From assembly GCA_965213675.1 (NCBI GenBank), contig OZ243916.1:3360001-3424000 (forward strand): a stretch of 64,000 nucleotides of DNA, read 5' to 3'. The DNA is from an uncultured Candidatus Binatia bacterium (GTDB lineage Bacteria; Desulfobacterota; Binatia; UBA9968; JAJDTQ01). A model generated the notes under the pieces. It saw nothing but the letters and a program-made list of their open reading frames with translations. It made no database searches and was not told the origin of the DNA. The position numbers and the translations under genes were made by a program. Of the stretch, positions 18,588 to 28,033 are shown in pieces (position 1 is the first letter of the stretch; each line of letters opens with the position of its first letter).

Positions 18588-21500
18588 GTAATGGCTACAC
18601 GCTCGCTGGCGAACAGCTAAGGGAGATCGCCGAAACATCGGAAGGCACCGTTCAAATTCATGACGAAACCACACGGCCAAGCGGCTACCGCCAGTTCGAC
18701 GTAAGCATGCGCTTCGACGGCCTTCAACGTGTCGAAGACGGACTTGCAGTGCGAGCCCGTGAGCCATTCCGCGTCATTGTTTCACCTGCCTTCCCTTTCA
18801 AACATCCCGTTGTCGAGACGCCTCACTCTCGTTTCGCCGGCTTCCGGCACGTACAGTGGCGGCGGAGCCCCTGCCTGTACCAAAGCTCCTCCGATTGGGG
18901 CCCAAGCGACGGCATGTACGGCTTCATTACGCGCCTCGACGCCTGGATACGCGACGCCGCACTTAACAATCTCGACCCGGACGACGCACCCCTCCACCCA
19001 CCAGTCGAGTACCCCACGGTCCATCGCCTAATTGTGCCCAAGGCAAATACGCCGGCGGTCTCTGGCACGCCATGGTTTGGATTCGCCAAACTCCGCGAAA
19101 GGAACCATCGCACCGAGATCATTGGATGGGAAGAGAACAGCCAAGAAGGCTCTGACTTCGCGCCTGCAATCCTCCTCCACGAGAATCTTCCCTTCGAATA
19201 CCCCGAAACTGTCCACGCTCTACTGAAAGAACTCGAATTCCACGGAATCGACTATGTGCCCTTTGTCTTCCGACTTGCCGCCCAGGCACGACGCAGCGAC
19301 GCAGGCACACCGCTAACCGTAGTTCTTGGAACTCCGATGCGCCGCGTCGACCCGGGGGGGCCTACCCTTCAGCACTTGGCCGTGTGGGAGATTTCTGCCG
19401 ACGACGCGGACAAGCTGCGCGAGCTGAACATCTCCGCGCAGTTCCGCGGGTCACCGCGATGGGAAGCCGCGACGACGGCGGTCGCCGAATGGGCTGTGTT
19501 TGCCAAGGTGGGGTGGTGCATCGTCCGTGAGATGCGGCCCGAAGTGACCAGCAGACGCGACCATTCATCAGCCATGGCTTGGTTTCGTGGAAAGCGTGTG
19601 GCCATCTGGGGTTGCGGCGCCGTAGGCACTCACGTGGCGGAATCGATTGTACGCGCCGGGGCCAGAACCGTTGAACTCGTCGACAACAAGACTGTTGCAC
19701 CCGGTCTCCTAGTACGGCAAGTCTTCGAAGACGCCGACATCGGAGAGTTTAAGGCCCAAGCGCTCGCCGAACGACTTAAACGGATCGAACCTGACCTCGA
19801 GACACATGTTTCAACCGACGACCTTGTCCTACGTATCATAGGTCCACACCCGGTCCCGGAGGTGGACTTGATAGTCGACTGCACAGCTTCATCGGCCGTT
19901 CAGACAGCCCTCGAGCGAGCACTCCAGGCCGTCGACTCACGCCCCGCGATAGCTGCTGTATCCATCGATAGCCAAGCCGCCACGGCCATTGCCACTCTCT
20001 CTTCGCGCAACCACAGCGGTGCGACCCTCGACCTTGTTCGCCGGCTCAAGCTGGAAGCATGTAGCACACCGGCGCTTTCGAAGGTCCTTGAGGCATTCTG
20101 GCCAAGAACAACGCCAAGTGAGCGCTTTCAGCCAGAGCCCGGCTGTTCGGAACCGACGTTCATCGGTTCCGACGCAGATCTTGCCGCGCTATCTGCGCGC
20201 ATGCTGAATTCCATCACTCACGCTATTGGAAACCCCCGCGATGGCCACACGGGGGCAGGTTGGTTGTTGGAAGAATCGGGAGCGTTACGTGGTTTCGCGT
20301 GGCCTCCGGACCACACCCTGAGGGATGAGGGGCGGGGCTACTCCGTCAGGGTATCTTCACTGGCCGCGCGGGAAATGCGAGGATGGGCTAGGCGTTCCGC
20401 ACGTACGGTCGGCTCAACAGTCGAGACGGGCGGCCTCGTCTTCGGCGAGCTCAACGAAGCCGCGACCGTTCTCTGGGTAACAGATGTCGAGGGACCGCCA
20501 CCCGACAGCGAGGCAGCTGGGGATCATTTCACCTGCGGCACGGACGGCATGGAAACCGTTGCCCAAGAAAGGCAACGCAGGTTCCGTGGATCTGTAGACT
20601 GCCTCGGTAGTTGGCACACCCACCCAACGTCAGCACCCCATCCAAGTCGCGTCGACATCGGCGCTGTCATACAGCTTCTCGCCAACCCGGGTTCGACCCG
20701 TCGAACTTGCCTTGTTTTGATCCTCTCTGGTGACCCGGATGACCCAAGACTGGGCGCGTATGCCTTCAGAACAAAACTAGTCGGCGAAACGCTCATCCGC
20801 ATCCAACCAAGCGCGGCTGCAACCGCGTCCCTTGGGCCAAAGCCAAAGAAACCGCGCAACATCGGAACTGCCCTCTCAGGCGGAGGCTCGCGCGCCATCG
20901 CGTTCCACCTCGGGTGCCTGCGCGCCCTGCACGACCTCGATCTACTCAGCCGTGTTCAGGTAATTTCGAGCGTCTCCGGCGGGTCTATAATCGCGGCCAT
21001 GTACGCCTATTCTTGCGACTCGTTTCGGGAGTTTGACGCGCGTGTTGTAGAGCTTCTTCATCGAGGATTCAAACGGGATATCTTCCGCGAGGTGTTCAAG
21101 CTGGTTTCAATTGGGAAGATCCTGCGACGCCATGTCAGGGCGACCGCGTCTTTCCTATCTCGCACGTTCCTTCGGCTACTTCACGCCGTCGTGAGACCGG
21201 TTGTGGCTCATCGCCAAGGCCCGCCGCCGACCCGCACGTTCAGCCGCACGGAGGCGTTTCGCGACATCATTGCCACCTCCCAATTCGGTGACACCATCGT
21301 ACGCGACGTCGCCCGACATTCACTCCATACGGTCATCAATGCCACAGAACTACGAACCGGCTCCGCATTTCGGTTCGGAAGCAGCCAAAGCGGCTGCTGG
21401 CGATTCGGCACGATTCCCCCCGAAGACGCTCTGGTTGCAGACGCCGTGGCTGCCTCGGCGGCGTACCCGGCACTCTTCCCGGCACTCGAGCGCGAGTACC

Positions 21501-21994
21501 GCTTCACGAAGAACGGGTCCAGCACCGATGCCGCGCGCGTTCTGCTTACCGACGGTGGGGTCTTTGAGAACCTCGGCGTGAATCCGATGGAGCCGGGCCG
21601 GACACCTTCGGTCACCACTAACGTCTTCGACCCCGACTACATTATTTGCTGCGACGCGGGTGCTGGTCTATTCGATGATGACAGCTACCCGACACGTTTG
21701 CACACCCGGATATACAGATCGTTCCTCACGGTCTTTCGCAAGGTCCAAGACGCCACCCGAAAACGCCTACACCACCTTGCCGACGCCGGGGAAATCTCCG
21801 GCTTCGCGTTATGCTATCTCGGGCAGCAGGACAATGCCTTGCCCTGGGTACCAGCAGGTCTTCCTAGAAGGGATGAGGTTCGAGATTACCCTACCGACTT
21901 CGCCGCGATGTCAACGGAAGACGTCGATCGGTTAGCTCTCCGTGGAGAACTCCTGATGAGGCTTCTCGTTGCGTACTACCTCCCAGACCTCTAA
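18584..21994 (+). CDS. E2-E1(ThiF)-JAB-patatin phospholipase fusion
   Basis: E2: FPFKHP..HVQW..PCLY. E1: GCGAVG, LVRQ, DCTA, EPGCSEPTF. JAB: ETGG, GSWHTHP..PS..D. Patatin: LSGGGSRA, SVSGG, DGG. Confidence 0.85.
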   Translation: MSNGYTLAGEQLREIAETSEGTVQIHDETTRPSGYRQFDVSMRFDGLQRVEDGLAVRAREPFRVIVSPAFPFKHPVVETPHSRFAGFRHVQWRRSPCLYQSSSDWGPSDGMYGFITRLDAWIRDAALNNLDPDDAPLHPPVEYPTVHRLIVPKANTPAVSGTPWFGFAKLRERNHRTEIIGWEENSQEGSDFAPAILLHENLPFEYPETVHALLKELEFHGIDYVPFVFRLAAQARRSDAGTPLTVVLGTPMRRVDPGGPTLQHLAVWEISADDADKLRELNISAQFRGSPRWEAATTAVAEWAVFAKVGWCIVREMRPEVTSRRDHSSAMAWFRGKRVAIWGCGAVGTHVAESIVRAGARTVELVDNKTVAPGLLVRQVFEDADIGEFKAQALAERLKRIEPDLETHVSTDDLVLRIIGPHPVPEVDLIVDCTASSAVQTALERALQAVDSRPAIAAVSIDSQAATAIATLSSRNHSGATLDLVRRLKLEACSTPALSKVLEAFWPRTTPSERFQPEPGCSEPTFIGSDADLAALSARMLNSITHAIGNPRDGHTGAGWLLEESGALRGFAWPPDHTLRDEGRGYSVRVSSLAAREMRGWARRSARTVGSTVETGGLVFGELNEAATVLWVTDVEGPPPDSEAAGDHFTCGTDGMETVAQERQRRFRGSVDCLGSWHTHPTSAPHPSRVDIGAVIQLLANPGSTRRTCLVLILSGDPDDPRLGAYAFRTKLVGETLIRIQPSAAATASLGPKPKKPRNIGTALSGGGSRAIAFHLGCLRALHDLDLLSRVQVISSVSGGSIIAAMYAYSCDSFREFDARVVELLHRGFKRDIFREVFKLVSIGKILRRHVRATASFLSRTFLRLLHAVVRPVVAHRQGPPPTRTFSRTEAFRDIIATSQFGDTIVRDVARHSLHTVINATELRTGSAFRFGSSQSGCWRFGTIPPEDALVADAVAASAAYPALFPALEREYRFTKNGSSTDAARVLLTDGGVFENLGVNPMEPGRTPSVTTNVFDPDYIICCDAGAGLFDDDSYPTRLHTRIYRSFLTVFRKVQDATRKRLHHLADAGEISGFALCYLGQQDNALPWVPAGLPRRDEVRDYPTDFAAMSTEDVDRLALRGELLMRLLVAYYLPDL

Positions 21995-22256
21995 CGATCG
22001 ATCCCCCCTTTCCACTGCGCACCGTGCCCTCAGGAGCGGAGACTTCGAGGGTCATCGCGATTGGAACCTACGCCGGTGATGCCCAACAGTACCAGCGACC
22101 CTCAGCACCGAAGGATAAGGGGCCCCCGGACAATAGTCCTCGACCCGTCCCGGACCATTCGGCGATCAGCGCGCTGATCGCCCTCGTCGTGCGGGGGCGG
22201 TCCAGTGGCCGTCGTGATTTACGGCTCGTATCAGCTGTGAAACTGGATGTGGTGAT

Positions 22257-23312
22257 TTAGGTGCTTCTCTTGAGGGCGATGTGGAGCAGTTTCGTTTGGT
22301 AGGTAGCGATGCTGTGATCGCTGAGGAGGCTACCCCATTTGTTCGTCCCATTGAAGATCGCCCGAACCCGTCTGCCCCAACCGACCGTGTAGAGCAGGGT
22401 AGCCCTGGAGAAGTCGCCGTCCTTGCAGTTGGTGATAAATCGCATGTTGCCGCCGTGTTCGTAGCCGGAGAAGTACCGTTCGAGCATGTTGCCGATCCAT
22501 ACGAGGAAGGTAAGGAAAGGGGCAAGGCGCCCTAACGCGCGAAGCCCCTTTGTCAGGAGGGCTATCGCCGTGCCGGTTAAAGGGACCATCGGGACGACGT
22601 CGGCCGAGTTCACGATCCTGTAGACCGGACTCTTGATTTGCCCAAGCCACGCCTCGCTCCCGCTCCGGGGCGACCCGTAGGTGTAGCAGGCGGCAATCTG
22701 TCGCTCCGCGCTCAGGCGTCTGGTGGCAATGGTCGCTACTGCCCCGCCGAGGCTGTGGCCCGTAATGAAAAGGGGCTTGTTCGCAACCCCTTCCATATCC
22801 AGCGCCGCCTCAATCGCATCCTCGACATCATTGTACTGGCCCTGGAAACCGGCATGGACGTGTCCGCCAGTTCGGCTCCGCGCCTTATAGGATTTCAGAT
22901 CAGCCCTGATATCACGTATGGATGTTGATTCCGTTCCCCGGAATGCTAGGACGGCGTGATCCGTACTGTAGGCTACAAAGGCTTGGGTGGCGTTTACGCT
23001 GATAGTTTTCGCCAAGGTCCAGCCGATCTTCTTCAACCGACTACTCAGTCTGGCCTCTTCAGCTTCGTAATCTTGTCCGCAGGCCTTCGTGATGGCTCCG
23101 AGTATCTTCGCGTCAGAGCTCTTCGGCAGTCCTCTCAGGGCACGTTGGACGAGCTTAAGAACGGCCTCTCCCTCGAAGGCGGATTTGTCGAACTTCAGAT
23201 AGGCCAATTCCGACATGTAGGCCATGAGCCAAGCAGCTCGATCGCTGTACGCCTTGCGGTAGTCGGGCATCTTCTTGCCGAGAACCTTATCGTGCAAATC
23301 CTGTTCGACCAT
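22257..23312 (-). CDS. Lipase class 3 family protein
   Basis: AFRGT, VHAGF, TGHSLGGA, YGSPR, DVVP and a C-terminal DH. Confidence 0.9.
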   Translation of the reverse strand: MVEQDLHDKVLGKKMPDYRKAYSDRAAWLMAYMSELAYLKFDKSAFEGEAVLKLVQRALRGLPKSSDAKILGAITKACGQDYEAEEARLSSRLKKIGWTLAKTISVNATQAFVAYSTDHAVLAFRGTESTSIRDIRADLKSYKARSRTGGHVHAGFQGQYNDVEDAIEAALDMEGVANKPLFITGHSLGGAVATIATRRLSAERQIAACYTYGSPRSGSEAWLGQIKSPVYRIVNSADVVPMVPLTGTAIALLTKGLRALGRLAPFLTFLVWIGNMLERYFSGYEHGGNMRFITNCKDGDFSRATLLYTVGWGRRVRAIFNGTNKWGSLLSDHSIATYQTKLLHIALKRST

Positions 23313-23503
23313 GGAGTCAATCCCTTCCGGTTCTACTGCGTTACCGACAAGTCTCGTTGCTTCTCCTCGGCATCATCAGGTAATATCCGCCTAGTCAAAC
23401 CGTCATCACCCAAATCCCTCATCCCAACTACGCGCTCTGCTGACTACCGCGAGATCATACACACATCAGCTAGATGCGATGTCCCCTTGGAGATAGAGAC
23501 GGT

Positions 23504-24025
23504 CTACGCTGACCAACGAAACTCACTCGGCTCATCTTCTTCCAAGAAACAACCGTTATCCAGATTCTGCACGAAAATAATAAGATTCGTCCAGTCGTAT
23601 AGTGCAGACGGCACGATTAGGCCGTCATATCCCAAATAAGTCAGACCGTCAACAATGTCTTGGGTGCGTGAATAATCTCGGCTTTGATAGTCTACCTGTC
23701 TTATCCCGAGGTGTTCAAGCTCCTCGAAAATCAACTCCACGAGACGCTTCAATCGAACTCTCAGTTTCCAGTTTAGTACCTGCCGGTCAGGTGTCTGCAC
23801 GAACAGCGACCAGAACGCTTCGAATTCTGCGCTGGCCCCTTCCGCTTCAAATCACGTATTGACGACCTCAAACTGACAATCGGGACTGTTCCAACGACCG
23901 CGCGCCCCATTACTACCGTGGACCGGGCTCTTGTTAGCCCACACCACTCGATGGACAATTCCCTCGACCGCGGTTTGGCCGCAACGGTCTAGATGTTCGA
24001 GTAAACCCGGGTCGGGCTGCAACAT
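23504..24025 (-). pseudogene. RES-domain toxin with in-frame TGA at 23852-23854
   Basis: MLQPDPGLL..RGRWN..NT*F..TQDI..GYDGLIVPSA..NLIIF. Confidence 0.75.
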
Positions 24026-24043
24026 CTGCGGACCGCTCCAAGG

Positions 24044-24400
24044 CTACGTGTACGTTGGATCAGCCATAGCCTGAATGGCCTCCAGGACTTCGTCAATTCG
24101 CCCTTCCTGAATCAAATCAGCAGGTCGAAGGCCGTTGAAGTACCTGTGCCGAGAATACAACCGTGCTCGTGCCGTTTTCGGGTCGGAACAGAATTCCGAA
24201 AGTCGCTTCACTATATACTCTAGGTCAACAAGAAGGTTCTCCTTGACCGGCCTGGGATAGGCGCGCCCTCGATTCCACCGAGAGAATGTTTCAGGAGTCG
24301 TCCCGAGCATATCCGCCACGTCAACCGCCCGAATGGCTGCTCGGCTTTTAAGAGATCAAGTTTTTCAGCCACGACGTTCTTTTCTGCGAAAAAAGTCCAT
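24044..24400 (-). pseudogene. Xre/MbcA/ParS-type antitoxin, 5' end apparently frameshifted
   Basis: HTH (VADMLGTTPETFSRW) and C-terminal FNGLRPADLIQEG..EV. IS5 lies immediately upstream. Confidence 0.7.
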
Positions 24401-24403
24401 TAG

Positions 24404-25699
24404 CAGGTTGTTGAAAAACTTGGCCTGACGCGGATAACAGTAAATAACATATTGGTATCGACCGGGAGTAAGGGATGAGAGGAACGGATCCGCGCCAGGA
24501 AGGGATGTTCAGCTATGTGTCGCTGGAGGCGCGGGTGCGGGCGGACCATCCATTGCGAGCGATACGGAAGATGGTGAACCGTGCGCTTGAAGGACTGACG
24601 CGGGAGTTTGAGGAGATGTACTCGCACACGGGGCGGCCTTCGATAGCGCCGGAGCAGTTGCTGCGTGCGTTGCTGCTTCAGGTGCTTTACTCGATCCGTA
24701 GCGAACGGTTGTTGGTGGAGCAACTGGACTACAACTTGCTGTTCCGGTGGTTTGTGGGACTGTCGATGGACGATCCGGTGTGGGGCCACTCGACGTTCAC
24801 CAAGAACCGACAGCGGTTGATCGGGTCGGACATGGCGCGGGCCTTTTTCGGGCAGATACTGGGCCAGGCCCGCGAAGGACGCCTTTTGTCGGATGAACAC
24901 TTCAGCGTGGACGGGACGTTGCTGGAGGCGTGGGCGTCGATGAAGTCGTTCCGGCCGAAAGACGGAGGCGGACGGCTTGGTGGCGGCGGACGCAATGCGG
25001 AGGCGGACTTCCACGGCGAGAAGCGCAGCAATGCGACCCACCAGTCGAGCACCGATCCGCAGGCACGGCTGTACCGCAAGGGCCAGGGACGGGAAGCGAA
25101 GCTGCGCTACCTGGGCCATGCGTTGATGGATAACCGCCATGGACTGATCGTCGATACCCGTACCACCGAAGCCGGCGGCCGGGCTGAGCGCGAGGCGGGC
25201 TTGGCGATGATTGCCGCGCGTCCCGGCGCCGATCGGCTCACCCTCGGGGCGGACAAGGGATACGATACAAAAGACTTTGTGGAGGGACTGCGCTGCGCCA
25301 ACGTCAGTCCGCATGTGGCCCAGAACGACACCCGCCAGCGTTCCGCCATTGACCGGCGCACCACCCGTCACCGTGGTTACGCGGTGAGCCAGCGCATCCG
25401 CAAACGGATCGAGGAAGGCATCGGCTGGGCCAAGACCATCGGAGGCATGCGCAAACTCAAGCACCGGGGCCTGCCCAAGGTCGACTTCCAGTTCACCCTC
25501 ACCTTCGCCGTCTACAACCTGGTGCGACTGCGTACCCTGGGAGTCGGAGGTTGAGCATGCGTCCATGGCCTCCGGGCGTCTGCGCCGGCTTCGTTGGCCT
25601 GAAATGGCCCGCGAAACAAGTTCTGCTTCACGCCCTGAAGCCGGCTTTTCCATCGATTCTCTCACAAACGCTCAAATCTAGGCGTTTTTCCACGGCCTG
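24404..25699 (+). mobile_element. IS5-family insertion sequence
   Basis: Ends caggttgttgaaaaac and gtttttccacggcctg, flanked by TTAG and CTAG. Confidence 0.85.
24475..25554 (+). CDS. IS5-family transposase (intact ORF)
   Basis: HPLRAIR, GRPSIAPE, VDGT, GADKGYD, RKRIEE and YNL. Confidence 0.92.
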   Translation: MRGTDPRQEGMFSYVSLEARVRADHPLRAIRKMVNRALEGLTREFEEMYSHTGRPSIAPEQLLRALLLQVLYSIRSERLLVEQLDYNLLFRWFVGLSMDDPVWGHSTFTKNRQRLIGSDMARAFFGQILGQAREGRLLSDEHFSVDGTLLEAWASMKSFRPKDGGGRLGGGGRNAEADFHGEKRSNATHQSSTDPQARLYRKGQGREAKLRYLGHALMDNRHGLIVDTRTTEAGGRAEREAGLAMIAARPGADRLTLGADKGYDTKDFVEGLRCANVSPHVAQNDTRQRSAIDRRTTRHRGYAVSQRIRKRIEEGIGWAKTIGGMRKLKHRGLPKVDFQFTLTFAVYNLVRLRTLGVGG

Positions 25700-25832
25700 C
25701 TAGCAGCAAGGCTAGAGGCATGGAGACGCTGATGAGCTGGGGTCGGCTCGATAGCGAGACAAGGGGCTCCATCGTGGACGCCTCTTCCTTGTTATTGACC
25801 TATGTCGATGGACACCATACACCTGAAAAGCG

Positions 25833-26108
25833 ATCAGGGCCTTTCGGCATCGTGGCTTGAGAGATCTCTATGAGCAGGGCCGTTCGCCGAAGGTGGCTCA
25901 GGAGCATGTGCAAAAACTCTTGCGCATCCTGACGGCCCTAGACCACTCCACTCGTCCGGAGGGAATGGATATGCCAGGCTTTCGACTGCACCCCCTCAAG
26001 GGCCGCATGCGGAGACACCATGCGGTGTTCGTCTCGGGGAACTGGCGGGTGACGTTTCGGTTCGAAGATGGCCACGCCGTAGATGTCGATTATCTGGATT
26101 ACCATTAA
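25833..26108 (+). CDS. higB: HigB/RelE-family toxin, canonical start missing
   Basis: IRAFRHRGL, LHPLKG, VSGNWRVTFRF and DYH. The upstream in-frame codons are TGA-AAA-GCG-ATC. Confidence 0.8.
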   Translation: MRAFRHRGLRDLYEQGRSPKVAQEHVQKLLRILTALDHSTRPEGMDMPGFRLHPLKGRMRRHHAVFVSGNWRVTFRFEDGHAVDVDYLDYH

Positions 26109-26119
26109 GAGGTGCTCTC

Positions 26120-26407
26120 GTGGCAATGAACAATCCTGTACACCCCGGCGCCATCGTGCGTGAAGACTGCCTGAAACCGCTGGGTTTGTCCGTGACCGAA
26201 GGCGCAAAGCGGCTCGGTATCGGACGTCAGACTCTTTCCAATTTGGTCAACGAAAAGGCATCCGTCTCGATTGAGATGGCCTACCGCCTGTCGAAGGCGT
26301 TTGGCTCCACGCCTGAAACCTGGCTCGCCATGCAGTTGGCCTTCGACCTCGCAGGGTCACGGCACCTGGAACAGAAAATAAAGGTGAGAAGAATCGCTGC
26401 CGCGTAG
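26120..26407 (+). CDS. higA: HigA addiction-module antitoxin
   Basis: PVHPG, HTH, MAYRLSKAFG and WLAMQ. Confidence 0.9.
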   Translation: MAMNNPVHPGAIVREDCLKPLGLSVTEGAKRLGIGRQTLSNLVNEKASVSIEMAYRLSKAFGSTPETWLAMQLAFDLAGSRHLEQKIKVRRIAAA

Positions 26408-26661
26408 GCCTTCATCGGTGTTCGACAAATACCGGCGGTCTCATCCCAACTCGGGCTGTTTGTCGAGGGCGACCTACAGACCACGCATCGGACGGACGTG
26501 CTGTAGCAGCGCTCCATTTCTAGGGGGGTGAGGTGGTCCTGGTTTGTAGGACAGGGAGGCGGCGGAGTTAAGGCGTATTCCAGACGTTCAATCATGCCGC
26601 CAAGGTCCGCGAAGCACTCGCGGGTAAACTTCGCCAGATCAAGCATGATCTGATTTGTCTT

Positions 26662-26687
26662 GCATACCAGACAAAAGTCTGGTATGC
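26662..26687. promoter_or_regulatory. Perfect 11-4-11 palindrome, candidate LexA operator
   Basis: GCATACCAGAC-AAAA-GTCTGGTATGC directly upstream of lexA. Confidence 0.6.
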
Positions 26688-26695
26688 GCATCCTC

Positions 26696-27298
26696 ATGAC
26701 ACCCTTCACTCCACCGGGGGAGACCCGGGACAAGGTTTACCGGTTCGTGCGCAGGCGGACCCTGGAGGAGCTTCCTCCCACGGTTCGGGAGGTCCAGGAG
26801 GCGTTCCGATTCAGGGCGGTGCAGACAGCCCGGCAGCACCTGGAGCGGCTGGTGGCCGAGGGGCGGCTGGTCAAGGCGCACGGGAAATCCAGGGGCTACC
26901 GACTGCCCCGGGAGCCCGGGACGCTGTTGGTACCGTTGCTGGGGCGGGTGCAGGCCGGCGGTCTGCGGGCGGCCATCGAGGAATGCGAAGGCTACATCCC
27001 GGTCCAGTCACGGGGCTCGGAGGAAGTGTTCGGGCTCCGGGTCCAGGGAGAAAGCATGACCGGAGCGGGCATCCTTCCCGGCGACATCGTCGTCGTGAGG
27101 CAGCAGGCGGAAGCCGCCTCGGGGGACATCGTCGTGGCCCTGGTGGGCGACGAGGCCACCATCAAGAGGCTACGCCTGCGCCAGAGCCGGATCGAGCTGC
27201 ATCCGGAGAACCCGGCTTTCGCAACCATCGTTCCCAGGGCCGATGAGTGCACCGTCCTGGGCAAGGTGGTGGAGGTGAGACGCTATCTGGAAGGATAG
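26696..27298 (+). CDS. lexA: LexA repressor
   Basis: PPTVRE wHTH, GRVQAG cleavage site, GESM (Ser) and ATIKR (Lys). Confidence 0.92.
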   Translation: MTPFTPPGETRDKVYRFVRRRTLEELPPTVREVQEAFRFRAVQTARQHLERLVAEGRLVKAHGKSRGYRLPREPGTLLVPLLGRVQAGGLRAAIEECEGYIPVQSRGSEEVFGLRVQGESMTGAGILPGDIVVVRQQAEAASGDIVVALVGDEATIKRLRLRQSRIELHPENPAFATIVPRADECTVLGKVVEVRRYLEG

Positions 27299-27385
27299 AC
27301 CCGAAGGATCGCATGGGCGCGGCATCCGGGGCAACGTGTTCCCGGCGTCCGATCCTTTGCCTTTCGCAGGACACGGAGCGCTTTC

Positions 27386-28033
27386 ATGGACGTTTTCGCC
27401 GAAAAGACTCACGACGCCATACCGGCTTCGGGCGCCGCCCCCGCGGCGCCCCGCCGCCGGCCTGTCCGCGAGACCCCGAGGGCCTGGAACCTGTCCTCCC
27501 TGGCCGGACGACTCACCGAAATGTCGGACTCGGGCGCGGCCCCTTCCCTCACCGCCGCGGCCGCCCTCATCCTCCAGGCCCAGCAGCGGGGAGAGCCCGC
27601 GGCGTGGATCGGCTTCGGCAACTCGATCTTCTTCCCGCCGGATTTCGCCGAGTGGGGCATCGACCTCGAGGCCCTGCCGGTGGTCCGGGTCCCCGACGCC
27701 CTTGCCGCGTCCCGCGCGGCCGACCAGTTGCTGCGTTCCGGCGCGTTCGGGCTGGTGGTGCTGGACCTGAAGGCCGAGGCGCGGATGCACATGGCGGCCC
27801 AGAGCCGCCTGGCGGCTCTGGCCCGGAAGCACCACACGGCGCTCCTCTGCCTCACCCGCAAGAAGCGGGGCGCTCCCTCGCTGGGGCCCCTGGTGTCGCT
27901 TCACGGCGAGGGCAGTATCACGAGGACGGCCTTCAGCCGCTTCGACTGGGAAATCCGCATGGTCAAGGACAAGCGGGGGGCTCCGGGTTGGAGCCACATG
28001 GAGTCGTGCCGTGGAACGGATGGCCTGTGTTGA
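27386..28033 (+). CDS. imuA: ImuA/RecA-like protein
   Basis: GRLTE, GIDL..L, LLRSGAFGLVVLD. Position within the cassette. Confidence 0.8.
   Translation: MDVFAEKTHDAIPASGAAPAAPRRRPVRETPRAWNLSSLAGRLTEMSDSGAAPSLTAAAALILQAQQRGEPAAWIGFGNSIFFPPDFAEWGIDLEALPVVRVPDALAASRAADQLLRSGAFGLVVLDLKAEARMHMAAQSRLAALARKHHTALLCLTRKKRGAPSLGPLVSLHGEGSITRTAFSRFDWEIRMVKDKRGAPGWSHMESCRGTDGLC

Noticed and set aside
13618-21994. CBASS, Pycsar or Bil assignment
   Set aside because: I could not recognise a CD-NTase (GS..DxD), a nucleotide cyclase or a beta-grasp Ubl.
26281-26733. 150-aa minus-strand ORF between higA and lexA
   Set aside because: It overlaps both genes and has no recognisable motif.
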